From assembly GCA_963575745.1 (NCBI GenBank), contig CAUYUJ010000303.1:558001-622000 (forward strand): a stretch of DNA of 64,000 nucleotides, written 5' to 3'. The stretch comes from Prorocentrum cordatum (lineage: Eukaryota). Position 1 is the stretch's first letter, and each line of letters opens with the position of its first letter. A model generated the notes under the pieces. That model did not search any database. It saw only the letters and a program-made list of their open reading frames with translations, and had not been told where the DNA came from. The position numbers and the translations under genes are program-made. This document shows, piece after piece, positions 30,171-44,509 of this stretch.

Positions 30171-32122
30171 TTTCCCAACCCTCCTGCGTTGGGTACTCGT
30201 TTTGAATAGAGCACTGCGGTCTCCACCTTCCTTCCTTCCCGCCCCCCCCCCTCTCTTCCCTCCTCCTCTCCTCTCTTGCTTGCCTTCTCCTCCTCTCTTC
30301 GCTCCTCCTCTTCTCTTCTCTTGCCTTTCACGTCATCCCTGGCGGGCTGCGATCTGCGGAACTGTCACCACTTTCGAGGGCTGCTGGTGGGTCCAGCGGA
30401 GTGAGGCACCACGGGGACTCAGATTAGACCTCGCCATCCCTGGGGGGGGGGGCTGCGATCTGTGAAACTGTCGCCACTTTCGAGGGCTGCTGGTGGGTCC
30501 AGCGGAGTGAGGCACCACGGGGATTCAGATTAGACCTCGCCATCTCTGGGGGGGGGGCTGCGATCTGTGAAACTGTCGCCACTTTCGAGGGCTGCTGGTG
30601 GGTCCAGCGGAGTGAGGCACCACGGGGACTCAGATTAGACCTCGCCATCTCTGGGGGGCTGCGATCTGTGAAACTGTCGCCACTTTCGAGGGCTGCTGGT
30701 GGGTCCAGCGGAGTGAGGCACCACGGGGATTCAGATTAGACCTCGCCATCTCTGGGGGGCTGCGATCTGTGAAACTGTCGCCACTTTCGAGGGTTGCTGG
30801 TGGGTCCAGCGGAGTGAGGCACCACGGGGACTCAGATTAGACCTCGCCATCCCTGTGTGAAACTGTCGCCACTTTCGAGGCTGCTGGTGGGTCCAGCGGA
30901 GTGAGGCACCACGGGGACTCAGATTAGACCTCGCCACCCCTGGGCGGCTGCGATCTGTGAAACTGTCGCCACTTTCGAGGGCTGCTGGTGGGTGGCCAGC
31001 GGAGTGAGGCACCACGGGGACTCAGATTCTGACCACGAGCAATGCTCGCGTGCCCTTGCTCTGCGGTTCGTGCCACGTGGCGCTGCGACTCGAGCTGGCG
31101 GTCGTCCTTCGGACCCGCAGAAACATCTGCTGAGCTCGATGAGCTAGGGGAACTACAGGAAAGAAGTGCAGGAAACGGAGGCCGGTCATGCAATCGCCGA
31201 TACCTCGTTGCTATGTCATCGTCTTTGCTGTTGCATGATCCTTATCTGGCCTGCCGGCGTCGCGGCTCGAGCTGGCGGTCGCCCTTCGGGCCCGCGGGAA
31301 CATCTTCTGAGACAAGTGTACGTCGCCGCTTTACTTGCAGGCAGCGCATTGCACTCGCGGACAGCAGCATGGCAGACCGCAGTGAGATCCTCAGCCGCGT
31401 GGTGTTGCCAAGCCTGGTGGAGACGCGCGTGATCGACCTGAAGTCCCAATCGCGCGTGCACTGTACCTGCGTGGCTTCAGGCACGCGCGTGATGTTGCTC
31501 GCTCCGCGTTCAACCAGTACGTCGCCAGTGCAACTTTGGACGATGGACAACCGATTGATGATGCGCGACCCCGGCCTTGAGTTTCTTCCCCGCGGGCCGC
31601 CCGCAGACCTGGCGGCGCGCCTGCGAGCGTTCAGCTCCCGCGCTGAAATGTGCGGGAAGGAGGCGGAGAAGCTAGCGGGCGAGCTACGCCTCGCTCGTTC
31701 CTTGCACTCTAACCAAGTTTTATCATGTGGAACTCTGCGACGACATGGCGCAGGCAGCGCTGCGGGTTTAGCTCGCACTTGAAAAACGCGGCAGTCTTCT
31801 GTCTCCTCCCGCCACTTTCATCGTCGTCCTATTCCCCGCCTCACCTTCTCCATGCGCGCTGCTGCTTCCGCGATGGCCTTTCGCCCCCCCAGCCCTCCAT
31901 CCCATCCCTCTCCTACACCTCGTTCCCGTACCCGTTCTTCTTCGATCGTGGGGCCTCAAGCCTCGTTCTTTCGATCGTCGCCCTGTGAATCGTGCAGCGC
32001 ATGCGCATCCCATGTAGCTTGCACAGCAAATCGCCGCGTCTACACTGTCGTTGTTCCTGCTAATGTTGGCATATTCCTCTTGCCATTTGATGCGCGTGGG
32101 TTGGGTACGTCGCAGGGTAATT
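30171..32122. repeat. ~2-kb composite cassette, copy 1 (conserved head, CT-rich tract, ~103-106-bp satellite x7, ~1.1-kb tail)
   Basis: Near-identical to 33276-35163 and 39240-41300. Confidence 0.92.
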
Positions 32123-33213
32123 CCCAACCCTCCTGCGTTGGGTACTCGTTTTGAATAGAGCACTGCGGTCTCCACTCCTTCCTCCCGCCTCCCTCCACCT
32201 CTCTTCCCTCCTCCTCTCCCCTCTCTTGCTTCCCTTCTCCTGTCTTCCCTCCTCCTCTCCTCCCTTGCTCCTCTCTTCCCTCCACCTCGCCAGCCCTGGG
32301 TGGCTGCGATCTGCGAAACTGTCGCCACTTTCGAGGGCTGCTGTGGGGCGAGCAGAGTGACGTCTTACGGGGCTCCAGATTCGACCTCGCCATCGCTGGG
32401 GGGTTGCGATCCATGAAACTGTCGCCACTTTCGAGGGCTGGTGAAGGGGTCCAGCACAGTGGGTACTCACCGCAGAATCATATTAGACCTCGCCATCCCT
32501 GGGGGGCTGCGATCTGTGGAACTGTCGCCACTTTCGAGGGCTGCTGAAGGGGCACGGCACAGTGGGTACTCACCGCAGACTCAAATTAGACCTCGCCATC
32601 CCTGTGGGGCTGCGATCTGTGAAGCTGTCGCCACTTTCGAGGGCTGCTGAGGGGCCCAGTACAGTGGGTACTCACCGCAGACTCAGATTAGACCTCGCCA
32701 TCTCTGGGGGGCTGCGATCTGCGAAGCTGTCGCCACTTTCGAGGGCTGCTGAGGAGCCCAGCACAGTGGGTACTCACCGCAGACTCAAATTAGACCTCGC
32801 CATCCCTGGGGGGCTGCGATCTGTGAAACGGTCGCCACTTTCGAGGGCTGCTGAGGGGCCCAGCACAGTGGGTAGTCACCGCAGATTCAGATTAGACCTC
32901 GCAATCCCTGGGGGGCTGCGATCTGTGACGCTCGAGGGCTGCTGAGGGGCCCAGCACAGTGGGCACCCACCGCAGATTCAGATTAGACCTCGCAATCCCT
33001 GGGGGGCTGCGATTTGTGGAACTGTCGCCACTTTCGAGGGCTGCTGAGGGGCCCAGCACAGTGGGTACTCACCGCAGATTCAGATTAGACCTCGCAATCC
33101 CTGGGGGCTGTGATTTGTGGAATTGTCGCCAATTTCGAGGGCTGCTGAGGGGCCCAGCACAATGGGTACTCACCGCAGATTCAGACTAGACCTCGCCATC
33201 CCTGGGGGGCTGT
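32121..33213. repeat. Related cassette with a variant ~103-bp satellite
   Basis: Same head CCCAACCCTCCTGCGTTGGGTACTCGTTTTGAATAGAGCACTGCGG. Units share CTGCGATCTGTGAAACTGTCGCCACTTTCGAGGGCTGCTG and ATTAGACCTCGCCATC but have a different middle segment. Confidence 0.9.
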
Positions 33214-33275
33214 TGGGTTCTCGTTTGCAAAGGATGGAGCATGTTGAAAGGCAGAACGTCAAGGTTATAATATGT

Positions 33276-35163
33276 TTTCCCAACCCTCCTGCGTTGGGTA
33301 CTCGTTTTGAATAGAGCACTGCGGTTTCCGTTCTCCTCCTCCCGCCCCCCCCCTCTCTTCCCTCCTCCTCTCCTCTCTTGCTTGCCTTCTCCTCCTCTCT
33401 TCGCTCCTCCACTTTTCTTCTCTTGCCTTTCACGTCATCCTTGGCGGGCTGCGATCTGCGGAACTGTCACCACTTTCGAGGGCTGCTGGTGGGTCCAGCG
33501 GAGTGAGGCACCACAGGGACTCAGATTAGACCTCGCCATCCCTGGGGGGGGGGCTGCGGTCTGTGAAACTGTCGCCACTTTCGAGGGCTGCTGGTGGGTC
33601 CAGCGGAGTGAGGCACCACGGGGACTCAGATTAGACCTCGCCATCTCTGGGGGGGGCTGCGATCTGTGAAACTGACACCACTTTCGAGGGCTGCTGGTGG
33701 GTCCAGCGGAGTGAGGCACCACGGGGACTCAGATTAGACCTCGCCATCTCTGGGGGGCTGCGATCTGTGAAATTGTCACCACTTTCGAGGGCTGCTGGTG
33801 GGTCCAGCGGAGTGAGGCACCACGGGGACTCAGATTAGACCTCGCCATCTCTGGGGGGCTGCGATCTGTGAAACTGTCGCCACTTTCGAGGGTTGCTGGT
33901 GGGTCCAGCGGAGTGAGGCACCACGGGGACTCAGATTAGACCTCGCCATCCCTGTGTGAAACTGTCGCCACTTTCGAGGCTGCTGGTGGGTCCAGCGGAG
34001 TGAGGCACCACGGGGACTCAGATTAGACCTCGCCACCCCTGGGCGGCTGCGATCTGTGAAACTGTCGCCACTTTCGAGGGCTGCTGGTGGGTGGCCAGCG
34101 GAGTGAGGCACCACGGGGACTCAGATTCTGACCACGAGCAATGCTCGCGTGCCCTTGCTCTGCGGTTCGTGCCACGTGGCGCTGCGACTCGAGCTGGCGG
34201 TCGTCCTTCGGACCCGCAGAAACATCTGCTGAGCTCGATGAGCTAGGGGAACTACAGGAAAGAAGTGCAGGAAACGGAGGCCGGTCATGCACTCGCCGAT
34301 ACCTCGTTGCTCTGTCATCGTCTTTGCTGTTGCATGATCCTTATCTGGCCTGCCGGCGCCGCGGCTCGAGCTGGCGGTCACCCTTCAGGCCCGCGGGAAC
34401 ATCTTCTGAGACAAGTGAACGCCGCCGCCTTACTTGCAGGCAGCGCATTGCATTCGCGGACAGCAGCATGGCAGACCGCAGTGAGACGCGCGCGATCGAC
34501 CTGAAGTCCCAATCGCGCGTGCACTGTACCTGCGTGGCGTTCAGGCACGCGCGTGATGCTGCTCGCCAGTGCAACTTTGGACGATGGACAACCGATAGAT
34601 GATACGCGACCCCGGCCTTGAGTTTCTTTCCCGCGGGCCGCCCGCAGAACTGGCGGCGCGCCTGCGAGCGTTCAGCTCCCGCGCTGAAATGGGCGGGAAG
34701 GAGGCGGAGAAGCTAGCGGGCGAGCTACGCCTTGCTCGTTCCTTGCACTCTAAACAAGTTCTATCATTTGGAACTCTGCGACGACATGGCGCAGGCAGCG
34801 CTGCGGGTTTAGCTCGCGCTTGAAAAACGCGGCAGTCTTCTGTCTCCTCCCGCCACTTTCATCGTCGTCCTATTCCCCGCCTCACCTTCTCCATGCATGC
34901 TGCTGCTTCCGCGATGGCCTTTCGCCCCCCCCGCCCTCCATTCCATCCCTCTCCTACCCCTCGTTCCCGTGCCCGTTCTTCTTCGATCCTGGGGCCTCAA
35001 GCCTCGTTCTTTCGATCGTCGTCCTGTGATTCGTGCAACGCATGCGCGTCCCATGTAGCTTGCACAACAAATCGCCGCGTCTACACTGTCGCTGTCCCTG
35101 CTAATGTTGGCATACTCCTCTTGCCATTTGATGCACGTGGGTTGGGTACGTCGCAGGGTAATT
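33276..35163. repeat. Composite cassette, copy 2 (two small deletions in the tail)
   Basis: Aligns by eye to copy 1; lacks ATCCTCAGCCGCGTGG... near 34485 and a segment near 34565. Confidence 0.92.
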
Positions 35164-35169
35164 TTCAGT

Positions 35170-35291
35170 GCGACGGCGACGAGTACTACGACTACTACGG
35201 CTACGACTACCACGACCCTTTTTATTTTTACGACTAGTACTACTACGACTACTACGACTATTACGACGGCTACTACTAGTACTACTACTAT

Positions 35292-35329
<38 letters not shown>

Positions 35330-35354
35330 TTACTACTACTACTACTACTACTAG

Positions 35355-35393
<39 letters not shown>

Positions 35394-35410
35394 GATTACG
35401 ACTACTACTA

Positions 35411-35471
<61 letters not shown>

Positions 35472-35485
35472 GACTACTACTACTA

Positions 35486-35529
<44 letters not shown>

Positions 35530-35628
35530 TTACTACTACTACTACTACTACTACTACTCCTACTCCTACTCCTACTCCTACTCCTACTCCTACTCCTACT
35601 CCTACTCCTACTACTACTGCTACTACTA

Positions 35629-35663
<35 letters not shown>

Positions 35664-35688
35664 ACTACTAGTACTACTACTACTACTG

Positions 35689-35720
<32 letters not shown>

Positions 35721-35788
35721 ACGACTACTACTACCACGACTACTTCTACTAGTAGTGCTACTTTCACTATTATTTTTACTACTACTTT

Positions 35789-35821
<33 letters not shown>

Positions 35822-36003
35822 GACTACTACTACTATTACTACTACTACTACTACTACTACTACCACTACTACAACTACTACTACTACTACTACTACTACT
35901 ACGACTACTACTACTACTACTATTATTACTACTCTACTACTACAACTACAACAACTACTACTACTACTACTACCTACTACTACTACTACGACTACTACGA
36001 CTT

Positions 36004-36043
<40 letters not shown>

Positions 36044-36044
36044 G

Positions 36045-36096
<52 letters not shown>

Positions 36097-36109
36097 GTGC
36101 TTCTACGAT

Positions 36110-36163
<54 letters not shown>

Positions 36164-36525
36164 CATCACTACGGTTACTATTACTACTACTACTACTACT
36201 ACCACTACTACTACTTTTACTACTGCTACGACTAGTTATGCTACGCCGGCGATGACGACGACAACGATTACCACTAGTACTGCTACTCGTACTAGTACTA
36301 CCACTACGACTACTACTACGAGTACTGCGACTATTTCCACCATTACTATTACTACTAGGACTAAGACTACTACTACGAGTATTTGAATGAGTATTTGAAT
36401 GAGTATTATTCTTCTTATTACCACCACCACCACGAGTACGGCCACTACGGCTACGACGATTAGTATAATGTGTTCGACCACAACCACTACTTATACGATT
36501 ATTACTACTACTATTACTACTACTT

Positions 36526-36582
<57 letters not shown>

Positions 36583-37018
36583 TTACTACTACCACGACCT
36601 ACTACTACTACTAATACTACTACGACTACTACTACTACTACTACTGATATTATTACTACTACAACTACTACTACTCCTACTACCACTACTACTACGACTA
36701 CTACTACGACTACTACTACGACTACTACTACGATTACTACTACTACTACTACTACTACTACGACTTCTGCTAGTACTACTACTAGAACTACTGCTACGAC
36801 GGCGACAGCGGCGGCGACGCCGCCGCCGACGACGACGACTGCGACGACGGCCATGACGACTACGTCTATGATTTTCTCTACGACTACACGATTACTGGTA
36901 CGACTACTAAAACTACCCCGGGTACGGCAACCCTACGACTACTATTGCTCCCTTTTTTCGCGTTATTACGACTCCTACCATTACTTTTTTCTGCAACCAC
37001 TACTACGACTATCACTAT

Positions 37019-37091
<73 letters not shown>

Positions 37092-37109
37092 TCCACAACG
37101 ACTACGACG

Positions 37110-37140
<31 letters not shown>

Positions 37141-37645
37141 TTACTACTACTACTACTACTACGACTGTTGCTAGTAATCCTTTTCTATCACCGCTACTAT
37201 TATTATTATTACTGCTTCCACTTTTACGTCTACTTCTACTATTACTACTATTACTTCTACTTCTACTACGACTACTGCAAGTACTACTACTACGACTACT
37301 ACTACTACTACTACAACTACGACGGTTACTACTACTACTGCTACTACTACAACTTCGACTCTTACTACGGCCACGATTACAAATACTACGACCTAGTATT
37401 ATTATTACGACTGCTTCCACTACTAGTACAACCACGACGACTACGACTGCTACTACTATTTTTACTACGACATACGAGTACTACTACTACTACTACTACC
37501 ACCAGTACTACCACTACGACTACGACTATTACGGCAATGTTTCACTATATTTATATTAATGTGATTACTCGTATTATCACTACATCTACCAGTACTACTT
37601 CTGATACGACTAGCACACCAGCTCCTACAAGTTTTTCTACTACTA

Positions 37646-37692
<47 letters not shown>

Positions 37693-37753
37693 GTCAATGT
37701 AATTACTACTACTACTGCGACTACCACTACGACTACGGCTGCTACTACTACTG

Positions 37754-37784
<31 letters not shown>

Positions 37785-38122
37785 GACTACCACCTTTGCT
37801 ACCCCCCAGACTACGATTACGACTACCACGGCGACAGCTTCGATTCGTATTACTAGTATTGTATTATATCTACTACCACGACTTCTACGTCTACTACTAT
37901 TAAGCCGACTACTACTATATTTCTATGAGGGCTACCACTACGACTACGATTGCTACTACTCCTACCACTACTGCGGCTACCGCTGCTGCTACCATTGCTT
38001 CTACTACTACTGCTGTTACTATTACAGCAACTACTACTACTACTACTGCTGCTACTACTACTACTACTACTACTACGACTATTATTTCGACGTACTACGA
38101 CTCCTCTTACCACTACTACTTT

Positions 38123-38163
<41 letters not shown>

Positions 38164-38170
38164 GTACTAT

Positions 38171-38217
<47 letters not shown>

Positions 38218-38246
38218 GTACTACCCCTACTACTACTACGACTACG

Positions 38247-38278
<32 letters not shown>

Positions 38279-38604
38279 TACGACTACTACTTCTACTATC
38301 GCTACTACTTCTGCTATTACGACTACTACCACTACTGCCACAATTGCTGCGACGACTACGTCTACGATCGCTACGACTATTACGATTGCGGTTGCTTCTG
38401 TTGTTAGAATTGGCATTCAGATTTTCAGATCACGACGAGTAGGATTCAGAGTGCTACAAATAGTCGTAGCAGTAGCAGTAGTACTAACATTATTAGTAGC
38501 CGTGCTAGCATTACTCCTGCTACTACTACTACTAGTTCGGCTATCACTATTATCAGTACTAGTCTTCGGCTGCAAGTACTACTGCGTGTACTACTGCTAC
38601 TACG

Positions 38605-38653
<49 letters not shown>

Positions 38654-38883
38654 ATACTACTACTATTACTACTACTACTACTACTACTACTACTACGGCT
38701 ACTACGGCTACTGCTCCTAGCTCCAAGACGACGATTATATGTGTTTACTAGCATTGTTACTGCGACTATTAGTTTTACGACGACTACTGCTACTAGAATA
38801 CTTGCGACTATTACTGCTAGAACCACTAGTGCTACTCGTGCTACTACGGTATCTTCTATTAGTACTACTACTACTACTACTAT

Positions 38884-38919
<36 letters not shown>

Positions 38920-38946
38920 GACTACTACTACTACTACCACTACTAT

Positions 38947-38978
<32 letters not shown>

Positions 38979-39220
38979 GTACTACTACTACTACTACTAC
39001 TACTACTGCTACTACCACTACTATTACTATTATCATTACTACTACTCCTACTACTGCTACAACTGCTACTAAAACTATTACGAATGCGTGTGCGAATACG
39101 AATACGCCGCGCACTACGCCGGCGACGGCGACGACGACGATGATTGCTAATTCTATTGCTTCGATGACGACGACTACTTCTGCTACCCATGTACGACTGC
39201 TACTCCTACTCGACTACTGA
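35170..39220. repeat. Degenerate (TAC)n microsatellite, ~4 kb
   Basis: Directly visible. Confidence 0.97.
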
Positions 39221-39239
39221 TGGACTACATCTTCTTTTA

Positions 39240-41300
39240 TTCCCAACCCTCCTGCGTTGGGTACTCGTTTTGAATAGAGCACTGCGGTCTCCACCTTCCT
39301 TCCTTCCCGCCTCCTCCTCCTCTCTTCCCTCTTCCTCTCCTCTCTTGCTTCCCTTCTCCGCCTCTCTTCGCTCCTCCTCTTCTCTTCTCTTGCCTTTCAC
39401 GTCATCCCTGGCGGGCTGCGATCTGCGGAACTGTCACCACTTTCGAGGGCTGCTGGTGGGTCCAGCGGAGTGAGGCACCACGGGGACTCAGATTAGACCT
39501 CGCCATCCCTGGGGGGGGGCGATCTGCGATCTGTGAAACTGTCGCCACTTTCGAGGGCTGCTGGTGGGTCCAGCGGAGTGAGGCACCACGGGGATTCAGA
39601 TTAGACCTCGCCATCCCTGGGGGGGGGGGCTGCGATCTGTGAAACTGTCGCCACTTTCGAGGGCTGCTGGTGGGTCCAGCGGAGTGAGGCACCACGGGGA
39701 CTCAGATTAGACCTCGCCATCTCTGGGGGGGGGCTGCGATCTGTGAAACTGTCACCACTTTCGAGGGCTGCTGGTGGGTCCAGCGGAGTGAGGCACCACG
39801 GGGACTCAGATTAGACCTCGCCATCTCTGGGGGGCTGCGATCTGTGAAACTGTCGCCACTTTCGAGGGCTGCTGGTGGGTCCAGCGGAGTGAGGCACCAC
39901 GGGGACTCAGATTAGACCTCGCCATCTCTGGGGGGCTGCGATCTGTGAAACTGTCGCCACTTTCGAGGGTTGCTGGTGGGTCCAGCGGAGTGAGGCACCA
40001 CGGGGACTCAGATTAGACCTCGCCATCCCTGTGTGAAACTGTCGCCACTTTCGAGGCTGCTGGTGGGTCCAGCGGAGTGAGGCACCACGGGGACTCAGAT
40101 TAGACCTCGCCACCCCTGGGCGGCTGCGATCTGTGAAACTGTCGCCACTTTCGAGGGCTGTTGGTGGGTGGCCAGCGGAATGAGGCACCACGGGGACTCA
40201 GATTCTGACCACGAGCAATGCTCGCGTGCCCTTGCTCCGCGGTTCGTGCCACGTGGCGCTGCGACTCGAGCTGGCGGTCGTCCTTCGGGCCCGCAGAAAC
40301 ATCTGCTGAGCTCGATGAGCTAGGGGAACTACAGGAAAGAAGTGCAGGAAACGGAGGCCGGTCATGCACTCGCCGATACCTCGTTGCTCTGTCATCGTCT
40401 TTGCTGTTGCATGATCCTTATCTGGCCTGCCGGCGCCGCGGCTCGAGCTGGCGGTCGCCCTTCGGGCCCGCGGGAACATCTTCTGAGACAAGTGGACGCC
40501 GCCGCCTTACTTGCAGGCAGCGCATTGCATTCGCGGACAGCAGCATGGCAGACCGCAGTGAGATCCTCAGTCGCGTGGTGTTGCCAAGCCTGGTGGAGAC
40601 GCGCGTGATCGACCTGAAGTCCCAATCGCGCGTGCACTGTACCTGCGTGGCGTTCAGGCACGCGCGTGATGCTGCTCGCTCCGCGTTCAACCAGTACGTC
40701 GCCAGTGCAACTTTGGACGATGGACAACCGATTGATGATGCGCGACCCCGGCCTTGAGTTTCTTTCCCGCGGGCCGCCCGCAGACCTGGCGGCGCGCCTG
40801 CGAGCGTTCAGCTCCCGCGCTGAAATGTGCGGGAAGGAGGCGGAGAAGCTAGCGGGCGAGCTACGCCTCGCTCGTTCCTTGCACTCTAAACAAGTTTTAT
40901 CACGTGGAACTCTGCGACGACATGGTGCAGGCAACGCTGCGGGATTAGCTCGCACTTGAAAAACGCGGCTGTCTTCTGTCTCCTCCCGCCACTTTCATCG
41001 TCGCCCTATTCCCCGCCTCTCCTTCTCCATGCATGCTGCTGCTTCCGCGATGGCCTTTCGCCCCCCCCGCCCTCCATTCCATCCCCTTCCTGCCCCTCGT
41101 TCCCGTGCCCGTTATTCTTCGATCCTGGGGCCTCAAGCCTCGTTCTTTCGATCGTCGCCCTGTGAATCGTGCGACGCATGCGCATAACATGTAGCTTGCA
41201 CAGCAAATCGCCGCGTCTACACTGTCGTTGTTCCTGCTAATGTTGGCATACTCCTCTTGCCATTTGATGCACGTGGGTTGGGTACGTCGCAGGGTAATTT
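39240..41300. repeat. Composite cassette, copy 3
   Basis: Aligns by eye to copies 1 and 2. Confidence 0.92.
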
Positions 41301-41362
41301 CGACTACCACCTCCACTGCTACCACGACTACTAATACGACGACGACTACTACGACTATTACG

Positions 41363-41441
<79 letters not shown>

Positions 41442-41533
41442 GTACTACTACTACTACTACTACAACTACTACTACTACTACCACTACTACTACTACAACA
41501 ACTACTACTACTACTACTACTACTACTATTACT

Positions 41534-41575
<42 letters not shown>

Positions 41576-42457
41576 GACGACTACGGCTAAGTAGTACTGT
41601 TAATACTGTTATTACGACCACTATTCTTACTACTGCTACGACTACTACCCGGGTACGGCCACTACTGCGGGCATTACTGTTATTGTTGAGCGTTCTTAAG
41701 ATTCCGACTCCTAGCATTACTTTTTGTACGACCACGTTCACAAGTACTAATAATATTGCTACTACGACGACTACTACTATTGCTATCACTACCACTACCG
41801 CTGGTACTACTAGCATTACGACTACGATTGAACTACGAGACTACTATCACTACGCCTCCTACTACTATTACACTAGTACTACTACTACTACTGCTATTGC
41901 TACTATTATTACTACGACTACGACTCCTACTACGACGACGACGACGACCGCGGCGTCGATGACGATTACGATCATTTGTTTTACCACTACTTTTTAGACG
42001 GCGACTACTTCTGCGATTCCCCAACTGTTCGTTACAACTTCTCCCAGTACAATTACCACTACTACTACGACTACTAGTATTCATGATCTACGACTTCTAC
42101 TATCACGCCGGCTACTAGTATTGTGACTACTACTATAGCGATTGCGATTACTACTACTACTACTACTACTCCTACTACTACAACCACTACAACTACGACT
42201 ACTGCTACTACCACCACGACGACTATTACAACCACTACTACTACTACTACTACTACTGCTTTTAGTACGAATACTCCCAGTGCCACGAGTACTGCGACTA
42301 TTACTACTACTGCTACTACTACTACTAGTAATACTTCTATTGCTACGATTGCGAGTTCTACTACGGCGACGGCTGCGACGAGGACTATTATTATTACTTC
42401 TCCCACCACTACCACTAATACTATGATCACTGCTACTACTACGACGACGACTACTAT

Positions 42458-42490
<33 letters not shown>

Positions 42491-42512
42491 AACTACTACT
42501 ACTACTACTACG

Positions 42513-42543
<31 letters not shown>

Positions 42544-42735
42544 CTCCCACTACCACTACTACTACGACTATTAGTACTACTACTATTTCTACTACTACTA
42601 CGACTACTACTACTACTACGCTTGCTACTTCCACTACTACTACTTTCATTACCACTACTACTGCTACTACTACCACTACTACGACTACTACTACTATTAT
42701 TACTACTACTACTACTACTACTACTACCACTACCA

Positions 42736-42793
<58 letters not shown>

Positions 42794-43343
42794 CACTACT
42801 ACTACTACTACTACTACTATTACTACTACTACTACTACTACTACTACAACTACTACTACTACTACTATTACTACTACTACTACTACTTACTACGACGACT
42901 ACTACTACTACTACGACTGCAGCGGCAAATTTTTTATTTCCGCTACTACGACTACGGCTACGACTGCGGCTATTCGTGTGATGACTACAATTGCTACTAC
43001 TGCTACAATTACAACAACAACTAATACTACTACTGCTACTACTACTACTACTACTACGGCTACAACTACGACTGCTACTACTACCACTGCGTCTGCTACG
43101 ACGACTACTAGTACTACTTCCACTACTATTACTACTACTAGTACGACCACTACTACGAGCCCTAAGAGGACGACGACTTCTGCTATCCCACGTTTGTCGC
43201 TACTACTACGACTACCACCACGATTTCTTTTTTCTCCTAATTGGACCACAATTGACACTACTACTACGACTTACTACTACTACCACTATTAGAATTATCA
43301 CTACTACTACTATTACTACTACTACTACTACTACTACTACTAG

Positions 43344-43382
<39 letters not shown>

Positions 43383-43393
43383 GAATACCACGA

Positions 43394-43463
<70 letters not shown>

Positions 43464-43468
43464 GACCT

Positions 43469-43504
<36 letters not shown>

Positions 43505-43859
43505 ATAATACCACTACTACCACTACTATTACTATTACTACTACTACTACTACTACTACCACTACTACTACTGATGCTACCACTACTACAACTACGACCA
43601 GTACCACTACCACTTCTACGACTACTCTCATTCAGCTAATGACGACCTACTATTTGCGCTACGACTATTACTCCTTCTTCGACCCTTACTGCTACTACAT
43701 TTACTACTACCACTACTTCTTCTTCTACTACTACTACTACTACTACTAGTAGTAGTACTACTACTACTATCACTACTACTACGACGACAACGACTATGAG
43801 TATTACTACCACTACTACTACTACGAATACTGCTACTACTACTACTACTACGACGACTG

Positions 43860-43896
<37 letters not shown>

Positions 43897-44282
43897 GACT
43901 ACTACTGGTACTACCAGGTCGACTACTACGATTCCTATTACGACTACTACTATTACTCTGCTCTGACTACGACTACGAATTATTACTATTACGATCGCTG
44001 CTACTACGACTACTGCTATGACTACTACGACTACGACAACGACTAGTATTGTTACAACGACTACGGGTACCACTAACATTTCCAGTACTCTTACTCTTAC
44101 CCCTACTGCTACTACTACCACTACTACTACGACTACTACTACTAGTACTGTTGCTACTACTGCTGCTACTACGACTACTTCTGTTGCTACTACTACTACT
44201 ACTACTACTATTCCTGCTACTACTAACACCTACGAAAGCTATTACTACTAGGACTACTACTTTTACTACTACTACTACTACT

Positions 44283-44323
<41 letters not shown>

Positions 44324-44324
44324 A

Positions 44325-44373
<49 letters not shown>

Positions 44374-44424
44374 ATGCCACTATTACTACTGCGACTACTA
44401 CTACTGATATGACGATTACTACTG

Positions 44425-44458
<34 letters not shown>

Positions 44459-44505
44459 TACTACCACTATTACCACTACTACCACTACTACCACTACCTC
44501 TGCTA
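41300..44505. repeat. Degenerate (TAC)n microsatellite, ~3.2 kb
   Basis: Directly visible. Confidence 0.97.
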
Positions 44506-44509
44506 CTTG

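Noticed and set aside
30340..33213. CRISPR array or hammerhead-ribozyme (retrozyme) array
   Set aside because: Units are full tandem copies without unique spacers, and I found no CUGANGA + GAAA core on either strand.
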